From: a virus
Reading direction: 5' to 3' (one strand)
Length of the DNA: 64,000 bases
Virus record (IMG/VR): IMGVR_UViG_3300050343_000255
Location: 1-64,000 of that record
This document shows positions 1-10,093 of this stretch, piece by piece. The notes under the pieces are model-generated. The model searched no databases and had not been told where the DNA came from. It saw only the letters and a list, made by a program, of their open reading frames with translations. Numbering within the stretch: the first letter of the stretch is position 1; each line of letters begins with the position of its first letter. Both the position numbers and the translations under genes were made by a program.

Positions 1-1050
1 ATCAATGTCATCAACCCCACCAAGAGCAAGGCGAATTTCTGATCGGTACTGTTTGACGTATAAATTCTGGTCACCTGAAACACTATCAGGAGTCATATAT
101 CCAACACGGTCAGTTGGCTCTAGGTTTGCAATTACCCGTGGAACTTTGATTTGTCCATCAAGAGTTCCGGCACCAAACGGTTGACTTACACGTGTACTAG
201 CACGACCTGTGCCACCAATTGGAGCAAATCCTGCTTGTGAGCTAATCGTAGGTCGGAAACTATTGTCATCTCCACTATCAAGGATGTCGTGACGTGGACG
301 ACTTGAAATAAGTGTGGGATTTCCAAAGAACTTCATGTTCTTACGGATGTTTCTCACTAATTCATCGTGATACAGAATCTGGTGAGCCAACCAATCGAAT
401 TCTCCATTACCTGTAGCTTCACCTGTACAGTCCATGTGATTAAACACTTCAACTGCAGGAATAAACCCAAGACTGTTAGTCAATACTTCTGTCTGACCAG
501 GCATCTTGAAGGGCATTGCACCCATCTGATTTGAGAACTCAATCTTCTCGTCTGAGATCGTTTGCTCGATACGATCTTTGTAGACCTTGAGTTGAATCCA
601 CTTCTTTTTACCGTTCGATCCATTTGAACCTGGCAGATTGTCTGCTAGTCCAATGGTTTGCTGAACATTGAAGGAATAAACCAGGACTAATGACTCAAGA
701 TCTCCAGCTTGATCGCGATACGCTCTATAGCTGTCCTTAGGGAAGTAAAGAATCTGATAACTTTCACCTGCAGGACGAAAGTAAAAGAGGCCTTGTCCAT
801 CACATAGGAAGTAATCAACAATACTCTCGAACTTCATCTCTAGCATGTTCTCTTGAGCGAGCTTTGCTAGAAATTCACGTCGTTTGCCAAAGGAATCCTG
901 CTCTGAATAGAACTCAATACCTCTACGCAGCATAAATGTCCTCATCTGTGCAAGATGAGATGACACAATCATTGTGTCTACAGATAAATCCCCACGTCGT
1001 TCTTTTGCTGCAAGTAGTATTTGTTGAAATTCGCTATTGATTGAATTCAT
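1..1050 (-). CDS. Probable portal protein (partial, runs off window start)
   Basis: Long reading frame from ATG at 1050 (MNSINSEFQQILLAAKERRGDLSVDTM...FLCDGQGLFYFRP); position near terL; not in ORF track because truncated. Confidence 0.55.
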   Translation of the reverse strand, partial: MNSINSEFQQILLAAKERRGDLSVDTMIVSSHLAQMRTFMLRRGIEFYSEQDSFGKRREFLAKLAQENMLEMKFESIVDYFLCDGQGLFYFRPAGESYQILYFPKDSYRAYRDQAGDLESLVLVYSFNVQQTIGLADNLPGSNGSNGKKKWIQLKVYKDRIEQTISDEKIEFSNQMGAMPFKMPGQTEVLTNSLGFIPAVEVFNHMDCTGEATGNGEFDWLAHQILYHDELVRNIRKNMKFFGNPTLISSRPRHDILDSGDDNSFRPTISSQAGFAPIGGTGRASTRVSQPFGAGTLDGQIKVPRVIANLEPTDRVGYMTPDSVSGDQNLYVKQYRSEIRLALGGVDDID

Positions 1051-1082
1051 TTCAATATTTCATGCTGTTCATTAGTTTTATA

Positions 1083-1958
1083 CTACTTGATATCTTCCCT
1101 TGCTTGTTTGTAAATTTCTTCAGCATTGGATTTAATAGGATCAGGTGCTTCTGGATTTACATAAGTAAAGTCAAATGGACTTCTCCCACCAAATAAAGCT
1201 TGTTGAGATTTAGTTGCACGATCTCTTGTTTCTTTAATTGATTTATTCAATCCTTTCTCACGTTTTTGTGCACCAAAGCGATCGTTTGCACTGTAATCAT
1301 TATTACCATAGAATTCAAAGTCATTACGCATTGAACGCTGATTTAATTTGTTTGAATCAATGTACATATCCATGAATCGTGCAGCAGCCGCAGGGCTGTC
1401 ATCAGCACCACCATATTTACCGCCACCACCATCAGCACCGTAACTACGATAAGAGTTATCGTTCAAGACCTTACTGTTATCAACAGAGTAATCGTAGTTT
1501 TGCGTTTGCCTGATTGAGTTATCTTGATTTACTTGATTGCTATCACCATCGATACTGATTGGATTGGATTGTGAAATAGGAGAAGCAATAGAGTTATCAC
1601 CAGCGGTTGCATTTCCAGCACTAGATGATCCAGGACCAGGATTTGTTTCTGGAACAGTTTCAGCAGTATCAGGCTCATCTTCTTTTACATATCCACGAAG
1701 TTTATCTAAAGCAGCTTCTGTACCACCACCAGCTTTAGTTGTGTCTTTGATTTTATCGTAATAGCTCAATACGGCTTTTGCACCATCAGACTTAGATACA
1801 CCTTCTCCACGATTATCAAATACATGCCGTACATCTAAACCACTAAATCTAGACACAGGTCCTTTCTTTTTATCTGATCCAGCACCTCGCGCTTCAAGGT
1901 CATAATCAGCTAAGTAATCGTTAAAACCACGAAGAGCTTCCCCTGCTTTACGAGCCAT
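1083..1958 (-). CDS. Putative internal virion protein (N-terminal RKAG motif, N/Q/D-rich module)
   Basis: 291-aa ORF in the structural block; shares AGDNSIASPI..Q.N module with 21897..22511. Confidence 0.55.
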   Translation of the reverse strand: MARKAGEALRGFNDYLADYDLEARGAGSDKKKGPVSRFSGLDVRHVFDNRGEGVSKSDGAKAVLSYYDKIKDTTKAGGGTEAALDKLRGYVKEDEPDTAETVPETNPGPGSSSAGNATAGDNSIASPISQSNPISIDGDSNQVNQDNSIRQTQNYDYSVDNSKVLNDNSYRSYGADGGGGKYGGADDSPAAAARFMDMYIDSNKLNQRSMRNDFEFYGNNDYSANDRFGAQKREKGLNKSIKETRDRATKSQQALFGGRSPFDFTYVNPEAPDPIKSNAEEIYKQAREDIK

Positions 1959-1966
1959 CTTACTAT

Positions 1967-3505
1967 TTATAAATTAAAGCTGTCACTATTGTAGTCCATC
2001 TGCAAACTTCCTCTTCTTAGTAATCCACCCATAGTTAGTACCATTGAGTCTACAGCGTCGTCATGTGGTGAATGACCAAAGTTTAGTAGCTCTTCTTCAA
2101 GTACATCCCATTTACGCCACTTGTTCCAAACAACTTTTTTGTGTTCATATAAGCCAAGGACACCACGAAGCCTTGCAAGTTTGTCTCCTTTAAATCCTTT
2201 GACTGGTGATACAGATAAGTTATACAACGCACGCTGTTCGAGAATTATTCTTTTAAAGTCACCCTCAAATGAGTTTTGATAAGCAACGGCTTCAGGCCAT
2301 ATTATGCACGGCGACATTGTTGGAAAGAATTGACCTTCGTCATTCTCAAGAACAATATTCCAATCAGCAAGCATTTGGCAGAGCAGATCCATCTTATCGA
2401 GATTGCCCATCGTGCGAGCACGCCGTTGATCAATCATGTAAATTTTGCCTTCTTTGATTCCACCGAGAGTCATGACAGTCCAGTCATTCTTCTCTTTTAA
2501 TCCAGCACTAAGGTCAATTCCTACACCCAGACAGTCGTAATCCTCAGGTACTTCTCCTTTAATGATTAGCTCAGGAGAGATGCCTACATCAGTTGACTTG
2601 ACTGCAGTGTTTAGATACTGATATGCAAAGGCAACACGATCTTCCGTCTTACGTTCATTCAGGTATTTCATAGACCAGAACTCTGGCCAATATGATCTTT
2701 GCTTTCCGTCTGCGTCTGTTATGACTGCTCGCTGAACAATCTGTTTCCACTTGTTTTTTGGAACGAATAACGTGGCGTGAATATCGTCATAGTGGAAGCG
2801 GGTTCCCAAACAGATAGCCCGTGCACCTTGGAACATCGTTGGTGCGATAACGTTAGACCACGTCTGCTCCATCTCACGGCGAATGTCTGGGTTGTTGATC
2901 GAAGCGGCAGATTTGATAGGGTCATCAATAAGCACCAACTGCGATCGTTTAGAGGTGATTGCACCTTTGAGACCACCGCACGCAATTGTGAAAGCTTCTT
3001 CACCTGCTGTGTCAATTCCTGCAAACTCATAATCAATAGACCAATACTCATCCGAACGTTTTATTTTTGAGAGCCTTACCATCGGGAAGATCTCTCGATA
3101 TTTATTGCTTGTCAGTATTCCTTTAATCGTTGCTGACTTGGCACGACTGATGTCCACCATGTAAGCGATATATAGGATCCGTAGCATCTGCTTGGCAGCT
3201 GCATGTCGTCCAATCATCCAGGCTGCAAACAAACCAAGGACAGTACTTTTGGCAGAACCACGTGGTGCGAGGATCGAGGTGTTTGGACCTGCGATTCCAA
3301 TTAGGCATTCACTATCTTCTCCAGTACATAGCTCAGCATGCCACTCCAACATATGTTTTGCAGCAGGCTTTCCCATGAACTTACAAAAGTCTTGGAAGTT
3401 ATCTCTTGCTTTTAAAACATCTTCACTTGGTGGTTTGACAGTTACCTTTGTAGCTGTCATCAGTGCTATTCGTCTGTACGCTAATGACGCGCTAGGTATT
3501 GCCAT
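1967..3505 (-). CDS. terL: Terminase large subunit
   Basis: Walker A APRGSAKS, Walker B LVLIDD, GTRFH coupling motif, nuclease GIDLS...HDDAVD. Confidence 0.93.
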   Translation of the reverse strand: MAIPSASLAYRRIALMTATKVTVKPPSEDVLKARDNFQDFCKFMGKPAAKHMLEWHAELCTGEDSECLIGIAGPNTSILAPRGSAKSTVLGLFAAWMIGRHAAAKQMLRILYIAYMVDISRAKSATIKGILTSNKYREIFPMVRLSKIKRSDEYWSIDYEFAGIDTAGEEAFTIACGGLKGAITSKRSQLVLIDDPIKSAASINNPDIRREMEQTWSNVIAPTMFQGARAICLGTRFHYDDIHATLFVPKNKWKQIVQRAVITDADGKQRSYWPEFWSMKYLNERKTEDRVAFAYQYLNTAVKSTDVGISPELIIKGEVPEDYDCLGVGIDLSAGLKEKNDWTVMTLGGIKEGKIYMIDQRRARTMGNLDKMDLLCQMLADWNIVLENDEGQFFPTMSPCIIWPEAVAYQNSFEGDFKRIILEQRALYNLSVSPVKGFKGDKLARLRGVLGLYEHKKVVWNKWRKWDVLEEELLNFGHSPHDDAVDSMVLTMGGLLRRGSLQMDYNSDSFNL

Positions 3506-3536
3506 AAGTTAGCCTTTCCTAAAGTCTAACTAATAA

Positions 3537-3824
3537 TTACCTTCGTGATAAACCGTATGCCTTTGCTTGTCTGTCAGCAGCTCTGTCTTTCATCCTACTA
3601 ATAGCTCTTCCTCTTGCTTCTCTTGCTTTACTTTCACCATACGAAATTCCCATATCACGGAGGAAGATTGCAGCCTCTTCAGCTCTTACACCTGAACCTG
3701 AACTACCATCAGGCATTTTAGGTAATGCTTTTGGTAGTGTCCCTTGTAACCTCAGACCAGAAGTCTGTGTATCTTCAATAGCTGGTAATTCTGCTAGTTC
3801 TGGAACAGGAGGTAAATAGCTCAT
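3537..3824 (-). CDS. Hypothetical protein
   Basis: 95-aa ORF with TAATG coupling to upstream gene. Confidence 0.6.
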   Translation of the reverse strand: MSYLPPVPELAELPAIEDTQTSGLRLQGTLPKALPKMPDGSSGSGVRAEEAAIFLRDMGISYGESKAREARGRAISRMKDRAADRQAKAYGLSRR

Positions 3825-4363
3825 TAATTAAGCTCGCTGTAGATCTTTGCGAATACAGCATTAATCGCATTGTCGATAGGTTCAGCCAGATGTGGATCAT
3901 CTTTAAATATGGAGGCCATCTCACGCATCACACGATCAGCACCAGCAAGGATCAAGCCTCGTTTGTCTGTTGTACGGTTCATTCGATCAGACGTCTCAAT
4001 GTGCGAACGTAGTTCCTTCTCAAGCGAAGCAAGGCGTGCCGCACCATCCGAACCTTTGATCTCTCCCGAGGTAATGGCCATTCGTAGGTCTTGTATATCG
4101 GAGTGGAGAGCAGCAATTTCGCTATTGAGTATTTCACGGCGATTAAGCTTTTTAAATTTCATTTTGACCCAACGGGCCATATCATTAAATGTACCTGGAT
4201 AGCTCAGGATTCCTGCATATACCCAAATTTCAATGATTGATGGAGTGACCTCAGCAAATTCTTTGAACTCTTCTGATTCAGAAGCTGGGATCGTGTCAAG
4301 CCACTGATCTACATAACTGGTGTATACCTTTCCAGCTTTAGCGTTAGATGTACTTGTAGTCAT
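3824..4363 (-). CDS. Possible terminase small subunit
   Basis: 179-aa helical protein upstream of terL; function inferred from position only. Confidence 0.4.
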   Translation of the reverse strand: MTTSTSNAKAGKVYTSYVDQWLDTIPASESEEFKEFAEVTPSIIEIWVYAGILSYPGTFNDMARWVKMKFKKLNRREILNSEIAALHSDIQDLRMAITSGEIKGSDGAARLASLEKELRSHIETSDRMNRTTDKRGLILAGADRVMREMASIFKDDPHLAEPIDNAINAVFAKIYSELN

Positions 4364-4896
4364 CAGAAACTACGGGCAAGACGATTAGAACGACTACGAT
4401 CCCGTTCTTCACCCCGTGCATCGACGGTGTCTTGGAAGTCATAGGTTTCACGAGCTTGGGCACCTGTTTCTTTCAGATCCTTTCTACGCTGTTCGCCTTG
4501 TGCTTGTTCCATTCCAATGTTCCTACCGAACTGACGGTTCTGGAATTCATCTTGCAAGTTGAACTGTTTATCTAAACTCCTCATTCCATACCCAAACTCA
4601 TCTGCACGAGTCTTGGCATCAAAGTCATATTGAAGATCAGCACCAAACTTTGAATTATCTTTGTACAGACCAGATTGGAAGTTAGCCATCTCTTTTGAAA
4701 ATGCGTTATCCATGCTTTTGCCTATTGCATCAGCTGCTAGTCCCAGTTGTAATCCACCCCTGGCAGTGTCATCCTTGCTGGCCTCGCTGAAGAATTCATC
4801 CCTCATTGCACCAAAGTTGCTAACCCCTTTTTTTACTTGCTCTACATCTTGATTGTCATCAACACCATCTTTATCTACATCAACAAATTTACTCAT
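4363..4896 (-). CDS. Putative internal/ejection protein
   Basis: Q/D/R-rich coiled composition in the structural block. Confidence 0.5.
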   Translation of the reverse strand: MSKFVDVDKDGVDDNQDVEQVKKGVSNFGAMRDEFFSEASKDDTARGGLQLGLAADAIGKSMDNAFSKEMANFQSGLYKDNSKFGADLQYDFDAKTRADEFGYGMRSLDKQFNLQDEFQNRQFGRNIGMEQAQGEQRRKDLKETGAQARETYDFQDTVDARGEERDRSRSNRLARSF

Positions 4897-4967
4897 CTTA
4901 CTTCTAAGGTATGTTGTTTTTATATTGTATCTAACTACAATAGATATATATCAGGCGTAGATGTGTC

Positions 4968-5981
4968 ATGCAATTCACTTATAGTAATTCCAATAATTAC
5001 TTGGCAGGTGCAAAAGAAGTAAATGATATTAGCACCAACATCTATAACGTCTCTAGGCAGACTGGTGTTGATACTAATAAACTTATTGAGACAGAGCGTA
5101 AGGCAAGAGCATCTAAGGCTGACGCGAAGAATGCAGCTGAAGGTACAATTGGTCGAACTTCAGTAAATCTTCTTGCTGGAATTAAGAAGGGTGATATAGA
5201 GCGTAAGTCTAAGAAGGATGTTGAGAAGATCATGAAGCCAGCCAAGCGTATGGCTGGTGTACTAGCACTGACTAACACAGGTTTAGCTGTTAAGAAGATG
5301 GGTCAAGACGCTGCTATTGATGCCCAAGAGCGGGCTGAAAGAAAAAGAATTAGAGATGAGAATGCATCTAAATATTCCAAAGAAATGGCTGAACTCAAGA
5401 AACTTCGTGAAGAACAGATTGCGGCATTAACTAAGACCGATGAGCCAGAATCAGCCCAACTAACTCCAGCATCCACAAGCACTTCTACATCTAGCATTCC
5501 TGTTGCAAGTGGCACGGCATTGACAGGATCATCTAAGAAAGTAGCAGATGCTATTGCTGGACCTGAATCAGGCTCCTTTGGATATGAAGCTTTTAATCAA
5601 GGTGGCGCTAAGGGAGGCACTAAAGTACTAGGAAAGTCTGGATCGCATAAAGAGGTATTTGGTACACCACTAACAAGCATGACCTTAGGACAAATATTTG
5701 ACAAACAAAATACTAAGCAACAAGGATTAAGTCTTGATGAGCACTTTAAGACCGGTGGCCTACATGCAGTTGGCAGATATCAATTCATTGGTCCGACATT
5801 ACAGGATGAAGTTAGTCGAATGGGTTTGTCAAAAGATACTAAGTTTACTCCTGAAGTGCAGGATCAAATATTCTTAAGTCATCTCAAACGAGTAGGTAAT
5901 ATTTCACCATGGGTTGGCCCTTCAACTCAATATTCACCTGAGAAAATATCTGAGCTTAATAACTTAATTGCAAGCCTCTAA
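4968..5981 (+). CDS. Putative ejection protein with C-terminal lysozyme-like (muramidase) domain
   Basis: C-terminal IAGPES...AVGRYQF..PTL...FTPEVQD pattern of phage lysozyme-like domains; inverted relative to neighbours. Confidence 0.65.
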   Translation: MQFTYSNSNNYLAGAKEVNDISTNIYNVSRQTGVDTNKLIETERKARASKADAKNAAEGTIGRTSVNLLAGIKKGDIERKSKKDVEKIMKPAKRMAGVLALTNTGLAVKKMGQDAAIDAQERAERKRIRDENASKYSKEMAELKKLREEQIAALTKTDEPESAQLTPASTSTSTSSIPVASGTALTGSSKKVADAIAGPESGSFGYEAFNQGGAKGGTKVLGKSGSHKEVFGTPLTSMTLGQIFDKQNTKQQGLSLDEHFKTGGLHAVGRYQFIGPTLQDEVSRMGLSKDTKFTPEVQDQIFLSHLKRVGNISPWVGPSTQYSPEKISELNNLIASL

Positions 5982-6632
5982 TTATTGAAATCCTTGACCA
6001 AATGCATTTAGACCTTGGATGATCATCATAAGTTGCTTGTCTCTGGCATTACGAGATTCACGTGCATCTTTCATATCTAGAACACGATTATCGTAAGCCT
6101 GTTGTCTTTGATTCTGTGCATCCGTAATATCCATTCGTCGATTCTGTAATGCCAGTTGATTGGCAAGACGTGTGTCAGCTTTGGTTTCTGCCTTTGTTTC
6201 TTTTGCTCTTGCTTTGTCTCCTAAAAGTTGAGACAATGCATTAATATCTTTATCGCCTATTTCAGATCCATACCCAGCTTGTTGTACTTGCTGTACAAGA
6301 TTTTGTCTGCGAGTTGCATCTAGTTGAAGGTCCTTAATTGTTCTTTCAAGAACGCCTTCATCAGTATTTTCTGTAATATTTAAATTTCCGGTATTTGCAA
6401 GATTAGGTAACTCTTTTTTTAAACGTGAAATCGCAATACCATAGTCCCGTTCTAAATTTCTTTTATATGTATCTTTTACGCCTTGGTCGATCTTACTGCC
6501 TTGCCCAGTAAATAGATCGCCTAAAATATCCCCTAGATCTTTTTTACGTGTTCCGTCTATAGGATTATAATTTGCAACTTCTCTGTCAATATTTGCTTGA
6601 GAAGTATCGAAGAGAAAATCTGATAATGACAT
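5982..6632 (-). CDS. Putative internal/ejection protein
   Basis: 216-aa coiled-coil ORF coupled to upstream gene. Confidence 0.5.
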   Translation of the reverse strand: MSLSDFLFDTSQANIDREVANYNPIDGTRKKDLGDILGDLFTGQGSKIDQGVKDTYKRNLERDYGIAISRLKKELPNLANTGNLNITENTDEGVLERTIKDLQLDATRRQNLVQQVQQAGYGSEIGDKDINALSQLLGDKARAKETKAETKADTRLANQLALQNRRMDITDAQNQRQQAYDNRVLDMKDARESRNARDKQLMMIIQGLNAFGQGFQ

Positions 6633-7123
6633 TAAACCAACCCTCGCTGTTGTAACAACTTAACTGCTTCTTCTATCTTACGTTGTTCAGCAGACTTACC
6701 ACCGCCAAGTATGAATTGAGTTCCGTCACTCACCATCTTGCCTAGTCCTGCACCTGCGGCAATTCCCAAAGGACCACCAACAGCACCAAGCGTTCCACCG
6801 ATACCCATAGCTGCCGCATCCATGCCTCTATTAGCAAGACTGTCTTGACCGGCTATTACGTCTGCCACATCAAGTCCTACTAAAGCAGCACTCAGTCCTG
6901 GTACGAATCTAAGTGCCCTTCTTACTGCTGGACTATTAGCAAACCTTCCGACTTTGCCTCCGATTTTTGTAGCGCCACCTGTCTTTCCAATTAATCCCGT
7001 TAGATCATCTTGTGCAGTCTTTGCGAATCCTTGACCACTTAAAAAACGCATGACGTCATCAAGGTTAGTTTTACCTAACTGTGAAAGACCTTGTTGTGCA
7101 TTGTCAATTGAATGTCCGATCAT
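6632..7123 (-). CDS. Gly-zipper putative ejection protein
   Basis: GIGGTLGAVGGPLGIAAGAGLG segment. Confidence 0.55.
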   Translation of the reverse strand: MIGHSIDNAQQGLSQLGKTNLDDVMRFLSGQGFAKTAQDDLTGLIGKTGGATKIGGKVGRFANSPAVRRALRFVPGLSAALVGLDVADVIAGQDSLANRGMDAAAMGIGGTLGAVGGPLGIAAGAGLGKMVSDGTQFILGGGKSAEQRKIEEAVKLLQQRGLV

Positions 7124-7141
7124 GACTTTTTTAAATAATGT

Positions 7142-7573
7142 TTAACCGAGAGCAGTACCAATTGCTTTGCCGCCTTGTGCAGCAGCCAGTCCTACCATTG
7201 GTCCACCCAGCAATGTGCCACCGATGCCTGCAACGGCACCAAGCGCAGATCCAAAGATACCTTTACGTGCAGTTTTGTTAGCTGCATCTCTTGCTTCTTT
7301 GGCTCTTTTTTTGGCTTGGCTTACCACTGCTTGCGCACCTAAGCTTGTTGCGTATGCATTGGCATCTGCCTGCATCGCACTACTTTGTTCTAGTGCACTG
7401 GAAGCTGTATCCTGAGCAATAAAGCTTGAGGGATCAAATGCATTGGCCCTATTTGCTTTATAGATATTTCCTAAGTTCACTGCATTTCCATACGCAGCTG
7501 CGTTTGTCGTTCTACCTGAAGAGGTGAACGGATCTAAAACTAAACTACTTGGAGATGCTGAGAAACTAGCCAT
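7142..7573 (-). CDS. Ala/Gly-rich putative ejection (pilot-like) protein
   Basis: Ala-rich helix plus C-terminal Gly-zipper. Confidence 0.55.
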   Translation of the reverse strand: MASFSASPSSLVLDPFTSSGRTTNAAAYGNAVNLGNIYKANRANAFDPSSFIAQDTASSALEQSSAMQADANAYATSLGAQAVVSQAKKRAKEARDAANKTARKGIFGSALGAVAGIGGTLLGGPMVGLAAAQGGKAIGTALG

Positions 7574-7716
7574 ATCTTTTAATTAGCCTTTATTAAGTGT
7601 ATCAATATTCACTATTATGTTGTAATCCTGGAACTGGAGTGGACCCAGTTACCTGGTGGCATTCCTCCACCTTTATCCACCAAGCTTGCAAATCCACCTA
7701 ATCAAATGCAGATCCA

Positions 7717-7998
7717 TTAAAACCCACCAGCTGCTCCAAATGAGCCAATATTTCCGACAGCATCAAATATGCCACTTATGCCTGCCGCATTCTGAGTTGT
7801 TGCTTGTGCTGCTGCATTAGCCTTTGCCATAATATTTTCAGCTTTGTTTTTCCCATATATTCCGATAGCTGCCCCACCCAAATTAGAATCAGTCAAGAAT
7901 GCTTGAGACTTTAGTTTTGCCCGTTCCCGGTTATTTGTTCCTGCAACCTTATTGACATCAAATGGGTCGCTGAAGTTTGTTGGGTTAAATCCAAACAT
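7717..7998 (-). CDS. Ala/Gly-rich putative ejection protein (C-terminus possibly frameshifted)
   Basis: Composition and position similar to 7142..7573. Confidence 0.5.
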   Translation of the reverse strand: MFGFNPTNFSDPFDVNKVAGTNNRERAKLKSQAFLTDSNLGGAAIGIYGKNKAENIMAKANAAAQATTQNAAGISGIFDAVGNIGSFGAAGGF

Positions 7999-8003
7999 AA
8001 TCT

Positions 8004-9260
8004 TTACTGTAAGTATTGTTCAGCGCTACCGCCTTGCATTTGATTCTCTAAAGAATTCCTGCGACGTCGCTCTCCTTCAATTATATTACCTCCAACTTGT
8101 CCAGTAGCTAATCCAGCCATACCCCCAAGTAGTCCACCGATTGCAGCACGTTTACTCTTAAGTCCATACTTTGCTCCAGCTAGTCCACCAGCCAATGCTG
8201 CGGTGTAAGGAACAATACCTGTGGTTACTGGTAGACCTCTACCCAAGAACTGAACTTCAGGTCCGTGGATACCTTCATCGGTAAACTTCAGAGCTCCTGC
8301 ACCAATGGTTAGATCTCCATCTGTTGGGTTGTAGTCCTCACGCTTGTCATACTTGAAAGCTTGATAGCGTTTGTATTCATCACGGCTTACATCAGGTCTT
8401 ACTTTTTTGAACTCTTCATATGGAAGTAGTTGACCAGTACGACCCATCAAATACTTAAGACCAATCTCTCCTAGGACATTTGCACTTTTAGTTGGATCGT
8501 CTTCTGATGGTAGTGCTGCTTTATATCCCTCAGCCCCACCAAATGGGCTCATAAGACCTAGTCCAGTATTAATTGCAATACCTGTAGGAATTGCTAGGGA
8601 CTGCACCATGCCAGGGCTGTAATTGCGCTTTTGCAGATCACCTGAATCATCAAAGCTATAGCCACGTGCGGCTGTCAATTTATCATCTACATACTTTGCT
8701 TTTTTAGTATCCACCATTTCTTTGATGGAATCCTTATCTTGCATATTCAAATATCTTGGAGCCTTACCATCTGGTGTAGACCTAAATGGAATCTCAGAAC
8801 TCTGTACCCGAGATTTTTTATAAAGCTGGGGAACAACACGAGATAGTGCTTGCTCATTGATTACTTCACCTGTGGCCTGTAGTGCATTCAGGAGCCAATA
8901 AACACTACGGGTAGTGTCTTGGGTTAAGTCGTTAGCAATATCTCCTGTTAGCTGTCCACTCTTTCTTCCAGTACTGCCTTTTAGCTGCATATCAAACTCT
9001 TCAAGAGCTTGACGCTTCTCAGGTCTCAATGTGCCAGTAAGCTCTTGCAACCGAAATGCAGCAGGGTGGGTTCCCATAAGAGAATCTGCTTTGGTTGATT
9101 CTTCTGTTAGACCACTTAGTTTGCGATCACGAAGCATCACATTTCTACGATCCTCACGGCCTATCCCATAACTTTCGCTAAAGCCCTCACCAAAATCTTG
9201 TCCAAAGCCTTTAATGCTACTAAGTATATTCCTTACTTGCTGCATCCGATCTTTAGCCAT
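8004..9260 (-). CDS. Putative internal virion/ejection protein
   Basis: 418-aa ORF with C-terminal Gly-zipper hydrophobic helices. Confidence 0.55.
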   Translation of the reverse strand: MAKDRMQQVRNILSSIKGFGQDFGEGFSESYGIGREDRRNVMLRDRKLSGLTEESTKADSLMGTHPAAFRLQELTGTLRPEKRQALEEFDMQLKGSTGRKSGQLTGDIANDLTQDTTRSVYWLLNALQATGEVINEQALSRVVPQLYKKSRVQSSEIPFRSTPDGKAPRYLNMQDKDSIKEMVDTKKAKYVDDKLTAARGYSFDDSGDLQKRNYSPGMVQSLAIPTGIAINTGLGLMSPFGGAEGYKAALPSEDDPTKSANVLGEIGLKYLMGRTGQLLPYEEFKKVRPDVSRDEYKRYQAFKYDKREDYNPTDGDLTIGAGALKFTDEGIHGPEVQFLGRGLPVTTGIVPYTAALAGGLAGAKYGLKSKRAAIGGLLGGMAGLATGQVGGNIIEGERRRRNSLENQMQGGSAEQYLQ

Positions 9261-9767
9261 TAACCAATACCTTGATTGTCGTATAGATAGCTTTGTGTGG
9301 ATCCCGGTAGTAGTCCTAATTCAGCTAACAGCTTTCCTGTTTGATCCTGTCGGATCATGTTCTCCAGTGCTTCACGATCCTTGTGCACTTAGCTTTTCAT
9401 AAGGTGTCTGACCTTTTCCACCCATAGCAAGGTCTTTTCCTTGTTGTAGTTTTTCAGAAACTACTCGACCACCCATATCTCCACCAATTGATCCAGCCAT
9501 ATCTAGCACCCTTGCTAGATTTACATTTGTACCACCAAGTCGTCCTAAGGCTAATCCACCTAAACCTCCACCCACTACTGTTGAACCACCAGCAATTAAT
9601 TTGTCTCCAATATCTCCAGGTGTCATTGCCATTTCCATGCCACCAAATAACACTTCTGGAAGAAGACGTTCTCCAAGAGCCATATTGCCCATATATTTAC
9701 CTGTAGCTGGATTACTGAATAAACCTTTGACAGCACTACCTGCAAATCTTCCTACTTTACCAATCAT
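9260..9767 (-). CDS. Gly-rich putative virion protein (apparent frameshift near 9375)
   Basis: ORF 9372..9767 continues in another frame to TAA at 9260-9262, overlapping the next ATG. Confidence 0.5.
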
Positions 9768-9809
9768 TATTACTTACACAGATTGACAGTTATCAATATT
9801 ATATCGATT

Positions 9810-10091
9810 CTACTCTTTGCCGAATTTAGGGTTGTTGAAGTACTCCATGAATTCGTCTGTTTGCTTTTTATTGTTTTTATCCTGCATGTATTGTTGAACT
9901 CTAAACTTTGATTCTGTCCTGGGATCAGCAGGTCGATGAAAGTTGTCTGGGTGTTTTACTTGTGATGCACCATCAACAGTTCCAAAAATACTTGGACTAA
10001 ACTTTGCATCTTCTTGGGTTTTATTGCCCTCAGCAATTTCAACTCGGTTGCGGAGATCTACTCGGGCTTTGTTCTTATTGTTAATACTCAT
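9810..10091 (-). CDS. Hypothetical protein
   Basis: 93-aa ORF in operon. Confidence 0.55.
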   Translation of the reverse strand: MSINNKNKARVDLRNRVEIAEGNKTQEDAKFSPSIFGTVDGASQVKHPDNFHRPADPRTESKFRVQQYMQDKNNKKQTDEFMEYFNNPKFGKE

Positions 10092-10093
10092 GA

